From an uncultured Bacilli bacterium (GTDB taxonomy: Bacteria; Bacillota_I; Bacilli_A; RF39; UBA660): DNA of 64,000 bases. Made by a program: the position numbers and the translations under genes. This document shows, piece after piece, positions 47,128-57,683 of this stretch. The first letter of the stretch is position 1. Each line of letters starts with the position of its first letter. The stretch lies in assembly GCA_947585665.1 (NCBI GenBank), contig CANPXE010000002.1, positions 1,820-65,819 on the forward strand, read 5' to 3'. Under the pieces are notes generated by a model. It worked only from the letters and a program-made list of their open reading frames with translations. It had not been told where the DNA came from and did not search any database.

Positions 47128-49125
47128 ATGAAAAAGAATGCTAAAAACTTTATCTATATTGGTCTCATACTTCTAACTTGTGGATTCATAATAAATCAAA
47201 TTCCAAATATAACTTTGACATCTACTCTTTACAATAGTAAAAATAAATTTTTTAATGCCGGTGAAGAAAAAAGAGGGGAAACAAGGAATGATACAGTTTC
47301 AGTAGGAGAATTACAAAATGATGGTGATGTTAAACTTGAGAAAAAGGTAACACCTTCTAGTGAAGAAGGAACTTTTGATGTATCATTAACTGTTAAAGGA
47401 AAAAATGTAAAGACTCCTATCTACGTAGCTGTTGTATTTGACAAATCTGGCAGTATGATTTGTAACAATGGTGCCGTTCCATTTCTTACTGGTGCATTAA
47501 CACACCATTATCAAGCAGCTGATGGACAATATTTATCATGTAGTCTAGGTAGTAATCATGTAACCAAAGATAAATGGGAAAAAGCAATTGCTGGTACTAA
47601 ATTGTTTACGGATGATATATTAAAAGAAAATCCTGATTCAAGAATAAGTTTAATAACTTTTGCGACAACTGATTCTTTAGCGGTAGGATGGACTAATCAA
47701 TCACTTCAAGATGCTGATTTTGGGCACCCATATGGACTTACTGCTTTAGGTGAAGCTTTAAATACCGCTATTAGACAATTTGATAATGTAAGAGAAGACG
47801 CTCATAAAGTTATTCTAATCGTTGGTGATGGTATTCCTACTAATGAAAACACAGCTAGAAATCACGCTGAAGATGCAAAGAATGCCGACATAACGGTTTA
47901 TGCTTTCGGATATCATTTAGATGAAGAACAAGGAGCCAAAGAATTATTCCAACAACTTGTTTCTTCTAATGCTGATGAACACTTATTTGATACCGATTCT
48001 AACAATATCGAAACAGAAGCAAAAAAATTGGCTAGTACTTTAACTAATCACGTTGCTGGTGGTCGTGCTACAATAAATGACACAATTGCAAATGGTTTTT
48101 CATACGTTCCAAATAGTGCCAATAAAGAACCAACTATCAATGATAATACACTAACATTTAAGGCTGCAAATATTACTGAAACGGGAACTACATTTACTTA
48201 TCAAGTTAAAATTGACAAAGACTTGAAAGATGGATGGTATCCAGTAAGTAATAAAACTAATATTACCTATGTTGACGATAGTGGTATATCACAAACTAAA
48301 GAATTAGAAAACGAACCAGAAATTTACTGGATTCAAGAAAAATATAAATATTCTATTAATTATTATAAAGATGATATTTCACAACTTAATTTATTAGGTT
48401 CTATAGATGATAGTGCACATATAAATACTCAAATAAAACAAGAAGATATTGATATAAATAAATTTAAGCCATTTGGCTATCAAGATGGAGTTATTTCTAC
48501 CAATATGCCTTATATAGTTATAGATGGAAATAATATAATTAATGTTATATATCAAAAAAGAAATGACTTAACATACAAAGTTAAATATATTGAAAAAGAA
48601 ACTGGAAATATTCTTGAAGAAATCATTAAAGAGAATAATACATATAATTCTACAATAACTGAAGTAGCTAAAACAATTAAAGGATACAACGTTATACTTG
48701 ACAGTACTCAAGATATTATAATTGATCAAGATAATAAAGAGATAACTTTCTATTATGAAAAGAAACATGATTTAATATATACAATTAATTATTATAAAGA
48801 TGATACAACTGATTTAATAGGTCAAGTTGAAATAAGAAATGTTACCTATTTAGATGAAATATCTATTGAGGATATTAATATTAATAAATTTAAACCTAAT
48901 GATAATTACCAAGATGGAACTATTATTACCGAAATGCCATTAATAATAGATGATGGAGAAAACACAATAGATATAGTATATAAAAGACAAAAGCCTATTC
49001 CAAATGAAATAATTTCTCCTAAAACTGGTGATAATTTAATTAAATATATAACAATGTTAATATTAAGTTCAATAATAATAATTATTTTAATATATTTAAT
49101 ACGAAAAAAAAGATTTAGTAAATAG
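47128..49125 (+). CDS. Cell-surface vWA-domain protein with tandem repeat domains and an SPKTG sortase sorting signal
   Basis: Signal peptide/TM at the N-terminus; vWA MIDAS VAVVFDKSGSM; two about 150-aa internal repeats (YSINYYKDDISQL... and YTINYYKDDTTDL... / NKFKP..YQDG); C-terminus ISPKTGD followed by a hydrophobic helix and an RKKRFSK tail. Confidence 0.65.
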   Translation: MKKNAKNFIYIGLILLTCGFIINQIPNITLTSTLYNSKNKFFNAGEEKRGETRNDTVSVGELQNDGDVKLEKKVTPSSEEGTFDVSLTVKGKNVKTPIYVAVVFDKSGSMICNNGAVPFLTGALTHHYQAADGQYLSCSLGSNHVTKDKWEKAIAGTKLFTDDILKENPDSRISLITFATTDSLAVGWTNQSLQDADFGHPYGLTALGEALNTAIRQFDNVREDAHKVILIVGDGIPTNENTARNHAEDAKNADITVYAFGYHLDEEQGAKELFQQLVSSNADEHLFDTDSNNIETEAKKLASTLTNHVAGGRATINDTIANGFSYVPNSANKEPTINDNTLTFKAANITETGTTFTYQVKIDKDLKDGWYPVSNKTNITYVDDSGISQTKELENEPEIYWIQEKYKYSINYYKDDISQLNLLGSIDDSAHINTQIKQEDIDINKFKPFGYQDGVISTNMPYIVIDGNNIINVIYQKRNDLTYKVKYIEKETGNILEEIIKENNTYNSTITEVAKTIKGYNVILDSTQDIIIDQDNKEITFYYEKKHDLIYTINYYKDDTTDLIGQVEIRNVTYLDEISIEDININKFKPNDNYQDGTIITEMPLIIDDGENTIDIVYKRQKPIPNEIISPKTGDNLIKYITMLILSSIIIIILIYLIRKKRFSK

Positions 49126-49136
49126 AACTAAATCTT

Positions 49137-50555
49137 TTATTTTCTTAAATTTGTAAATGTAACTATTAAAGGGAATATTTCCAAACGTCCAAGAAGCATG
49201 CCGATACTTAATACTATTTTGGAAAAATTACTGAACATCGCAAAGTTCGATATATCAAAAGAAAGACCAACATTCGCAAAAGTAGTAAAGACAGCATTCA
49301 AAGTTATATCAAAAGAAAAACCATCAAAACTTATTAAGAACATCGAAACAATTATTAAGAAGACGTACAAGAATAAAAAGGTACAAGTACTCTTAATTGT
49401 TTCCTCTTCAACTTTCTTGCCTTCAAAAGTAACAATATGTACACTATTAGGATGAAATACTTTTAATAAATCTCTTTTAATCGTCTTAAAACAAATTATT
49501 AGGCGTGATACTTTAAAACCACCACAAGTACTACCAGCACAAGCACTGACAAGCATTAAGAATAACATTAAAATTCTAGAAGATGTCGGATATATATTAA
49601 TATCACCAATACTATAACCAGTACTCGTCATAAAAGAACTGGTATGGAATAAAGATGAAGTAAAAGCTTCTCCCAAATTATTAAACATTTGATAAGTATT
49701 AAATAAAACAAATAATACCGCAAAGACATATAACAAAATATAAACACGTAACTCTTCACTTTTTAAAACCGTTTTAATATCGCGCATGATAAATAACAAG
49801 AAATATATATTAAAGTTAACGCCAAATAGAAACATAAATATTGCAACGACATACTTATTAAATACGGAAAAAGTTGCTAAACTAGAATTTAAATAAGAGA
49901 ATCCTCCTGTACCTGCTGTTCCCATCGCTATCAACAAACTATCAAAGAAATTTAAGCCACCAATCATTAAAAGAATTAATTCAACTAATGTTAAACAGAC
50001 ATAAATTCCATAAAGATAAAATAGTGTTTTTCTTAAACTAGGAACTAATTTCGCAACACTAGGTCCAGGCATTTCCGCTTTTAATACGTGCATTGATTTA
50101 TCGTCTCTTGATAGCGGAATAATAGCCATTACAAAGGCAAGAACACCCATACCACCAATAAAATGCGTAAAACTTCGCCAGAAAAGAATACTTTTATCTA
50201 GAACTTCAACATCTTTAAAAATAGTTGCCCCAGTCGTTGTAAAACCAGAAACAGCTTCAAAGAAAGCATCAAAGAAAGATGCTTTAACACTAATCATAAA
50301 AGGAATGGCTCCTAAAAGACTAATTAATATCCAAGAAAGAGTTACGATGACGAACCCGTCTCGTGCATACAAAGTCTTATTTTTAACTTTTAATCTATTC
50401 AATAATAGACCAATAAATAGACTCAATAACAAAGGAATAATAAATGGTAATACCGAATTATGATAGATTAAACTAACAATAATTGGAACTAATAAAAGAA
50501 AAGAATAACCAATTAATACTTTACCAAGATATTTATATATTAATTTATTTTTCAT
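49137..50555 (-). CDS. trkH: TrkH/KtrB-family potassium transporter membrane subunit
   Basis: 472 aa polytopic; repeated selectivity-filter-like GFTTTGA, GTAGTGG and MTSTGYS segments typical of TrkH/KtrB. Confidence 0.75.
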   Translation of the reverse strand: MKNKLIYKYLGKVLIGYSFLLLVPIIVSLIYHNSVLPFIIPLLLSLFIGLLLNRLKVKNKTLYARDGFVIVTLSWILISLLGAIPFMISVKASFFDAFFEAVSGFTTTGATIFKDVEVLDKSILFWRSFTHFIGGMGVLAFVMAIIPLSRDDKSMHVLKAEMPGPSVAKLVPSLRKTLFYLYGIYVCLTLVELILLMIGGLNFFDSLLIAMGTAGTGGFSYLNSSLATFSVFNKYVVAIFMFLFGVNFNIYFLLFIMRDIKTVLKSEELRVYILLYVFAVLFVLFNTYQMFNNLGEAFTSSLFHTSSFMTSTGYSIGDINIYPTSSRILMLFLMLVSACAGSTCGGFKVSRLIICFKTIKRDLLKVFHPNSVHIVTFEGKKVEEETIKSTCTFLFLYVFLIIVSMFLISFDGFSFDITLNAVFTTFANVGLSFDISNFAMFSNFSKIVLSIGMLLGRLEIFPLIVTFTNLRK

Positions 50556-50558
50556 TTT

Positions 50559-51911
50559 CTACTCCAAGATATCATTAATATCACGAATTGAATCTTTATT
50601 ATCAATTACGACAATAGCATCTTTTTCTTTTATTTCATCATCACCATTAGGGAATATTGTACTCTTTCCTCTTGCGATAGCTACTATTAAAATACCATCT
50701 TTAATATGCATATCTCTTATCTTTTTACCTATTCCTTTAAAGTCTTTTTTAACGTTAAATTCAAGCATTTCAAATATATCATCATCAAATTTATAGATAG
50801 CTTCACAACTACTCTTTTCACTATTTTGCATAGCTCTTACATATTGCACAATCAAGTTATTAGCAATCTTATGCGGTGTGATAACAGTATCAATACTCGC
50901 TTTTTCAACAACGCCATCTAATTGGATATGATTAATTTTAGTTATTATTTTAGGAACATTATTCATGGACGCAAACATAGAACAAATAATATTTTCTTCA
51001 TCGATACTCGTTAGTGTTACAAAAGCATCACAGTTATCAATTCCTTCTTCATGTAAAACGTATTGGTCAGATACATCACCATTAATGACTAATACTTTTG
51101 GTAGTTTTTCACTTAAGAACTTACATCTTTCTTCATTTATTTCAATGATTTTAACACCAATTCCCATATCAGAAAGAATCTTCGCAAGATACATTGATGT
51201 ATCACTACCACCACAAATAATAACTTTTTTAGTTTTTTGGGATATTAAATTAGCCTTATCTAAAAAATCATGAATATTTTTTGTTGAACCTGTTATGTGA
51301 ATCTTATCACCTATTTGGAGTTTAGTATTTCCTTTTGGAATGATTGTAACACCATTTCTTTCAACAGCACATACGATAATACCACTGAACTTTTTAGATA
51401 AAGAATGAATAGTTGACCCTACTAAAGAACTCTCTTTTTTTACTTTTAGAGAAATCATTTGAATTCTACCCTTTAAAAAAGTTGTTGCTTCTAAAGCACT
51501 AGGAATACTTAGAGCTCTAGCTATTTGTGTCGCTGTTAAAAGTTCAGGATTAATTGTCATTGATAAACCTAATTGTTCCTTCAAAATATTAATTGAATTA
51601 CTATATTCTGGTGTTCTAATACGTGCAATAGTATGTTTTACACCCATTGTTTTTCCAAGTAAAGAACACATAACATTTTGTTCATCTTTATTAGTAACAC
51701 TGATTAATAGATCAGCATCCCCAACACCTGCTTCTAATAAAACATTAGAATCAAGTCCATTACCACAAACATAATTGACATCTTCATTATTTATAATATC
51801 TTGACTAGTCGTAAAATCTTTATCTATTAAAGTTACCTCATTATTATCCCTAACCAAACTTTTAGCCAAATACTCCCCTAATTTTCCAATACCTACTATA
51901 ATTATTTTCAT
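50559..51911 (-). CDS. trkA: Trk system potassium uptake protein TrkA (two RCK/NAD-binding domains)
   Basis: MKIIIVGIGKLGEYLAK Rossmann at the N-terminus and a second KKVIICGGSDTSMYLAK Rossmann mid-protein; 450 aa. Confidence 0.8.
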   Translation of the reverse strand: MKIIIVGIGKLGEYLAKSLVRDNNEVTLIDKDFTTSQDIINNEDVNYVCGNGLDSNVLLEAGVGDADLLISVTNKDEQNVMCSLLGKTMGVKHTIARIRTPEYSNSINILKEQLGLSMTINPELLTATQIARALSIPSALEATTFLKGRIQMISLKVKKESSLVGSTIHSLSKKFSGIIVCAVERNGVTIIPKGNTKLQIGDKIHITGSTKNIHDFLDKANLISQKTKKVIICGGSDTSMYLAKILSDMGIGVKIIEINEERCKFLSEKLPKVLVINGDVSDQYVLHEEGIDNCDAFVTLTSIDEENIICSMFASMNNVPKIITKINHIQLDGVVEKASIDTVITPHKIANNLIVQYVRAMQNSEKSSCEAIYKFDDDIFEMLEFNVKKDFKGIGKKIRDMHIKDGILIVAIARGKSTIFPNGDDEIKEKDAIVVIDNKDSIRDINDILE

Positions 51912-51928
51912 ATTATCACCTGTATGTC

Positions 51929-52888
51929 TTAAACTTCTTCTTTATTAATAATTTCCTCTAAACTATTATAGTTACTACTTTCATCATATATTCTAATCGT
52001 TATATTTTTACACTCTTCTCCTAAACAATCAAATATACCTTCACTATTTTCTTTTATTATTTCCATATCAAATCTTTGATATTCATCATTATCTAACACT
52101 AATAAACTAGCATTATGTAATCCTGTTAAATATTCTTCTAACTTTTCATTTTCACTTAAAAGAATATCATCATTTACTTTAACATTATTACCATTTATAT
52201 AATAAAATTTATAATCACTATATTGATCTTTCCAACTTATAAAAATAGGAATTAAATCATAAGATAACATATCCATATTAGGATTTATCAATAAAATAAT
52301 AGCTTTCTTTGTAGATTTTTTTAAATTAGCAAATTCATCTATTGATAATTCATCTATCGAAGATAATTTACTCAATTGAACTTCTTTATACTTATCATTA
52401 TCATCAATATCTAATTCTTTAAAATCATTATTACGCATTATCTCTTCAATAACTTCATCTGTAACATCTTTAATATTATTTTTATTTATGTAATTGACTA
52501 AATCTTTTGAATTGTAATAAGTATAATCTATATTTTTATCTTTATCATTAAGAGTAACTTCCATTTTATATTTAGAAACACTCTTAATATTCATTGTATA
52601 ATCATCACAATCAAAAGTAATTTTAGTATTTTCTTCATCATAACTATATTCTTTACATGAACTTAAATTTATTTTATCATTTTCATCTTTATCAACATAT
52701 TTAAATTTACCAGAAGCAAAACGTATTGTTGATGAATTATTATACCAAGTATATGCCGTAATATTTTCTGGTAAATCAGATATTTTTTCATCTTTTCTTA
52801 TATATATTTTCCAATAAAAGAATAGAGAAACTAATAATAATAAAACTAAAAAAATTCGAAAATAATTAATCTTCTTCAAGATAATCAC
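51929..52888 (-). CDS. Hypothetical membrane-anchored protein (319 aa)
   Basis: N-terminal TM helix; Asp/Asn-rich extracytoplasmic region. Confidence 0.3.
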   Translation of the reverse strand: MIILKKINYFRIFLVLLLLVSLFFYWKIYIRKDEKISDLPENITAYTWYNNSSTIRFASGKFKYVDKDENDKINLSSCKEYSYDEENTKITFDCDDYTMNIKSVSKYKMEVTLNDKDKNIDYTYYNSKDLVNYINKNNIKDVTDEVIEEIMRNNDFKELDIDDNDKYKEVQLSKLSSIDELSIDEFANLKKSTKKAIILLINPNMDMLSYDLIPIFISWKDQYSDYKFYYINGNNVKVNDDILLSENEKLEEYLTGLHNASLLVLDNDEYQRFDMEIIKENSEGIFDCLGEECKNITIRIYDESSNYNSLEEIINKEEV

Positions 52889-52963
52889 CCACCATTGTCT
52901 ATTATATCACAATTAACAATTTTAAAAGAAAAAAAGGAATAATAACTATTCCTTTATAACTTA

Positions 52964-54070
52964 TTAATCATCATTTTTAGTAAGTGTTACTTTAGTTGTC
53001 TTTTCTTTGCCATCTCTTATATATGTTAAATCAACAGTATCACCAACTTTATAACTATATAGCACGTATTTTAAATATGCTTGGTTAATTATCTTTTCAT
53101 TACCAATCTTAATAATTACGTCGCCCTTTTTTAATCCTGATTTACTAGCGCCACTACCATCAACAACACTTATGACAGCAACACCATATTCAATACTATC
53201 ATCAAGATCAATACCATATCTTTGTAATAATAATGTTTCATCGACATTAGTTAGTGTAATACCAAGAAGTGGTCTTTCAATACTTTGCTTCTTTTCAAAA
53301 GTACTAACATATTTCATAGCGTCATCAATCTTAATGGAGAAGCCCATACCTTCAATACTACTATCAACTAGTTTCAAAGAGTTAATACCGATTACTTCAC
53401 CATTACTGTTGACAAGAGGACCACCACTATTACCTGGATTAATAGCGGCATCAATTTGTAGAGCTTTCATAACCCAATCATCTTTTGATTGAACACTAAC
53501 TGTTACCTTACGATCAACTCCCGAAATAACACCACGCGTAACTGTATTGTAATATTCATTACCAACTGGTGAACCAATTGCGAAAACAGTATCTCCTAAA
53601 CGAACATCTTTGTCAGCACCAATTTCCGCAACTTTTATAACATCCGTTTTATTAACACGAACAACAGAAATATCTAAGTACTCATCGCCACCTAATATTG
53701 TCGCATCAACTTCTTTTTCGTTAGAAAAAACAATAGTTATTTTAGTAGCACCCTCTACAACGTGATAATTAGTTAAAATATAACCATATTTATCATCTGT
53801 CTTATAAACAACACCACTACCACTACCAGTATAACGATTATTTTTGTAGTTTTTAACCATAACAACAGCATCATATATTTTATCAACGGCTTCAGCAATA
53901 CCATCATCAGTAATTGTTACATTTCTATTTTCATTGATTGTTTTAATTTCACCATCACCACTATCAATATTTAAAATATAACCATCAACTAAATACATAC
54001 ATCCAGCACCCATTAAAAATACTAATAATACAAATCCTAAATTAATAAACTTCTCTCGCATTTTCTTCAC
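52964..54070 (-). CDS. htrA: HtrA/DegP-family serine protease (trypsin-like domain plus PDZ)
   Basis: N-terminal TM anchor; catalytic GNSGGPLVN; C-terminal PDZ (GDVIIKIGNEKI). Confidence 0.85.
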   Translation of the reverse strand: MKKMREKFINLGFVLLVFLMGAGCMYLVDGYILNIDSGDGEIKTINENRNVTITDDGIAEAVDKIYDAVVMVKNYKNNRYTGSGSGVVYKTDDKYGYILTNYHVVEGATKITIVFSNEKEVDATILGGDEYLDISVVRVNKTDVIKVAEIGADKDVRLGDTVFAIGSPVGNEYYNTVTRGVISGVDRKVTVSVQSKDDWVMKALQIDAAINPGNSGGPLVNSNGEVIGINSLKLVDSSIEGMGFSIKIDDAMKYVSTFEKKQSIERPLLGITLTNVDETLLLQRYGIDLDDSIEYGVAVISVVDGSGASKSGLKKGDVIIKIGNEKIINQAYLKYVLYSYKVGDTVDLTYIRDGKEKTTKVTLTKNDD

Positions 54071-55014
54071 CCTATTTCTATATTAGCAATATCTTTCCAA
54101 TTAGTTGGAAAGCCCATTCTATCCAATACCTTATCAATTGGTATTGTTTTTAAATTGTACTCTAAATTCTCTAAAGCACGACTTATTTCAATAACTAAGT
54201 TTTTAACTTCATTATCTGTAAGCATTTGTCTAATGATAATGATGAGCGCAAATAAATCATTTTTACCATAGATGTATTCATCATCAATCTTATCAATGTG
54301 CAATAACTGGTGATACATCGTATCATCAATTACTCTTTGCGTTTTGTTTTCAAACAAGATGTCCTCATGAGCACAAAGATTACGATAATTAGCTAAAATT
54401 GGTAAATAGTTCGCTAGTGTTTCTTGTTCTATTCCAAAGATACTCGCAATTGCCAAGCGATCTTCCAACTTCAAAATGGAATACATCTCACTAACAATTC
54501 CAAAAGATAAAACTTTTACCAAGACCCATAAAGGTATATAACCATAATTAGTTAAATAGTGCATTGTTGCCGAGTGTTGACTACCATTTACTCTTATCTG
54601 TCTCTTCATCTTTTTAAGTAAATCATTTATTTGCTTATACTTTTCAGGACTACTATCAAAGTTCTTAACTTTTAAATAATCATTTTCTTTATAACCATAT
54701 TTCTTAGACAATTGATAAGAAATAATTGACTTAATATTATTCTCAATAATAAGTAGGTTTTTAAAAATAATATTACGAAATTGACGATCGAATAAGAATA
54801 GACTATATAATTCTTCAAAAGTAGTACCTTCAATATATTTCTTATTATTAGCTGATTTCATAAAAAGATGACGATAACCATTTAAGAAAAAGTAGTTTTC
54901 ACGAAGAAGAACACTTTTCGCAAACTTTTCGTCTTCAATTACTAAGCCTTTATATTTAAATATTTCGATTTGCTCATCTAGGTTTTTAAACTGCTTATCC
55001 CTCATTATTCTCAC
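54067..55014 (-). CDS. Abi_2-family abortive infection protein (AbiD/AbiF-like)
   Basis: 315 aa; N-terminal LDEQIEIFKYKGLVIEDEKFAKSVLLRENYFFLNGYRH pattern typical of Abi_2 proteins; stop overlaps the htrA start (ATGA). Confidence 0.5.
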   Translation of the reverse strand: MRIMRDKQFKNLDEQIEIFKYKGLVIEDEKFAKSVLLRENYFFLNGYRHLFMKSANNKKYIEGTTFEELYSLFLFDRQFRNIIFKNLLIIENNIKSIISYQLSKKYGYKENDYLKVKNFDSSPEKYKQINDLLKKMKRQIRVNGSQHSATMHYLTNYGYIPLWVLVKVLSFGIVSEMYSILKLEDRLAIASIFGIEQETLANYLPILANYRNLCAHEDILFENKTQRVIDDTMYHQLLHIDKIDDEYIYGKNDLFALIIIIRQMLTDNEVKNLVIEISRALENLEYNLKTIPIDKVLDRMGFPTNWKDIANIEIG

Positions 55015-55099
55015 CTACTATTTGATTATAACATATAACCAAACTTTTTGTATGAAAATTTAATGAAAAAAGGCGAAGAAAAAAAGAAAAATATCTAAG

Positions 55100-55354
55100 T
55101 TATTCTTCTTTCTGCATTTGTTTTATCATTTGATCCCCCATAACTGTAGCTCCTGTTACTAAAACACCTTGAATGATATCATTGATAATTGTTTCACCAC
55201 CCATTAAAATAGAAAAGAAAATACCAAATGGTAAAAGAAGCAAAGGAATATATTTATCTTTGATAAATTGTGTTCTTTTAATAAAGATACCAATTATATA
55301 TAAAACAGGTATTAGAATTAATCTATTTTGAATGATATAATCCATTATCTCCAC
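55100..55354 (-). CDS. Small two-TM membrane protein, holin-like
   Basis: 84 aa, two hydrophobic helices and a charged C-terminal tail (KQMQKEE). Confidence 0.3.
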   Translation of the reverse strand: MEIMDYIIQNRLILIPVLYIIGIFIKRTQFIKDKYIPLLLLPFGIFFSILMGGETIINDIIQGVLVTGATVMGDQMIKQMQKEE

Positions 55355-55481
55355 TTTTTCACCTCAATTAATTTTATTATTGTTATCGATAAAATAAACC
55401 ATCAAAATATTTTTTTAGCAAATTGACAAGAACATCATGATAATGCAATAATAGATAATAATTAAAAGTTCAGGTGATATT

Positions 55482-56126
55482 ATGGAGTATTCAAAAAAAT
55501 GTCCTTTTTGTAAAGAATCAAGACTAGAAAATAATAGATTAGCAAGCTTACCAACAAATGAAACAATTTTATTTCAAAATGAAAATATATTTGTTCCAGT
55601 TGATATTTCGCCAATCTGTTTAGGTCATATTTTAATTGTATCTAACAAACACTTTTTAAATTTCTATGAAATGCCTAAAAACATTAAAGATGATGTCATA
55701 AAAATAAAAGAAAATATAACTCGCCTTTATAAAGAAATTTATAATACTGATGTCCTCTTTTTTGAACATGGTTCCGCTAAATCAGGTCATGCTGGGGCAA
55801 GTATTGATCATGCTCACTTACACTGTGTACCTTATAGAGTAAATATTAAAGATACATTAGATGAGATACTAGGAGAGCCTATCAATTGTGATATTTTATC
55901 ATCATATAACTTTAAAAATGAATTTTCATATATATATTTAGAAAGTAAAGATATTGGAAAAATTATATATAAAGTTGATAAATTACCTAGTCAATTCTTA
56001 AGAGAAATATTATCAAAAAAGTTAGATGATGATGATTATTTATGGCAAGAAAAGTGTACTTCTTCTAAAAGCATAAATAATTTAAAACAAACCATAACTG
56101 ATTTAAAAGGTAAAATATCTATTTAA
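55482..56126 (+). CDS. HIT-family (histidine triad) nucleotide hydrolase/transferase
   Basis: N-terminal CPFC Zn-ribbon-like motif; HIT motif DHAHLHCVP (HxHxHxx). Confidence 0.6.
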   Translation: MEYSKKCPFCKESRLENNRLASLPTNETILFQNENIFVPVDISPICLGHILIVSNKHFLNFYEMPKNIKDDVIKIKENITRLYKEIYNTDVLFFEHGSAKSGHAGASIDHAHLHCVPYRVNIKDTLDEILGEPINCDILSSYNFKNEFSYIYLESKDIGKIIYKVDKLPSQFLREILSKKLDDDDYLWQEKCTSSKSINNLKQTITDLKGKISI

Positions 56127-56880
56127 AATTCTCTAAGACTTGAATACTTTTAGTGTATACATTACATACTTTTAAAAGACGACTTCTAATATAATCTTCT
56201 TGAGCAATTGGCTGTGTATGCATTGAATTGTCGTTTACAAATGGTGCTACCTCACCGGTACCATTTGTTTTTATTATGCTTCCAACAACAACGTCACTAA
56301 TTTTGTACTTTTTTATTATTTCAATATACTGGTCAACATCATTTATTGTAATATCGTGCAAGACAGGCTTTGTGTATAATACTACTGGAATATTTAGTCG
56401 TTCCATAACCTCAAAACTTTTAAATCGTTCAGTAGGTTGAGTAGTACCTTTTTCCAATTTGTTCCATTTACTTATTGTAGAAGAAGAAACAAAAATTGTA
56501 AGTTGACCATAATAATTAATATTTTTACTTAGTTCCACCAAGTCTTTATAATCAACAAATTTTTTCGTAGAAAGTTGAATTTTATTTCCCCTTTGTAAAA
56601 AATAATTAATAATTTTTATTGTTTGAGGTTTTTTTTTCGTCCCAGCATTCAGAATAACAACCAAAGGATATTAAAGTTCCTTCTCGACCGGGATTATAAC
56701 ATTTAGAAAGTTAAAGTTGTTCTATTAAGTATTCCGCAGTAACATAAGTCGTTACTTCTTTTCCTTTTGAGTAATTTAACTTTGGTAAATAACAAAAAGA
56801 ACAGTTCGCACTACATCCTAAACTAGTATTTATAAATAAACGATTAGGTTCATTACTAAATAAATAGCCTGTATCAATCA
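56119..56880 (-). pseudogene. Radical SAM enzyme gene disrupted by an in-frame stop and frameshift next to an A10/T10 homopolymer
   Basis: Upstream frame encodes MIDTGYLFSNEPNRLFINTSLGCSANCSFCYLPK (CxxxCxxC radical SAM cluster motif) ending at a TAA. The 181-aa ORF-track product continues in a different frame beginning at the 10-nt homopolymer at 56633..56642. Confidence 0.45.
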
Positions 56881-57588
56881 TTATATCCCTTCTTTATTAT
56901 CAGTTTTTATTTTAACTTTGGCATCATCACTACAAACTAAATCATGGAACTCTTGAGAATGAAAAAGTTTAGGCTCACTTACAAAAAAGTATTTATCAAA
57001 GCCATTCTTTCGGAGTATTTTCTCAAGTGTAGAAGCTGTTGAATAAATTTTTCCCATTCTTGATTCGGTACTAATTATTATGTTTTGTTCAGGGTTTAAA
57101 TGGTTAATGGCTTCTTCACATAAACGATTGTATAGACCTCTATGCCAAAAATATAAATTGGTCTCTACTGTCGATACATAAGTCATTGGCTTTTTTTGAT
57201 CAGTATATAGAGTATATTTATCAATATAAGACATGGCGGCAAGAATAGTCTTTTTACCAATATTATTAGGTGTGACACCAATTAAATAACGATTATCACG
57301 ATTCATATAACGAAATGATAAATAACACATTCCTAAAGGAGCATCAGATGGCATCCCTGAACTTATATCACGAACCCATTCCCTTTCTGTTTGATCTGAA
57401 AAATTATCATCAAGATACTTTAAAGGAATATTAGGATCAATATCTCTTACCCATGACCAATCACTTTTATCAACATAGTTTTCATCAAAAAACTTATTTA
57501 ATTCATCATAGGATAAATCAAGCCATTCAATGTTTGATATATCAATTCCCTCTATATAATCTTTTATCCAACGCTCCATCTTTTTCAT
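56881..57588 (-). CDS. Hypothetical protein (235 aa)
   Basis: ORF with no recognisable family. Confidence 0.3.
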   Translation of the reverse strand: MKKMERWIKDYIEGIDISNIEWLDLSYDELNKFFDENYVDKSDWSWVRDIDPNIPLKYLDDNFSDQTEREWVRDISSGMPSDAPLGMCYLSFRYMNRDNRYLIGVTPNNIGKKTILAAMSYIDKYTLYTDQKKPMTYVSTVETNLYFWHRGLYNRLCEEAINHLNPEQNIIISTESRMGKIYSTASTLEKILRKNGFDKYFFVSEPKLFHSQEFHDLVCSDDAKVKIKTDNKEGI

Positions 57589-57635
57589 ATAATCACCATT
57601 GGTCTTTATACTACATCAACAGAATTTACTTGTCA

Positions 57636-57668
57636 ATAAAAAGAAAAAAGTCCAAATATTGGACTTTT
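57636..57668 (-). terminator. Rho-independent terminator after rpsI
   Basis: agtccaaatatt-ggact hairpin followed on the minus strand by TTTTTTCTTTTT. Confidence 0.55.
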
Positions 57669-57683
57669 GTACACATACAAATA

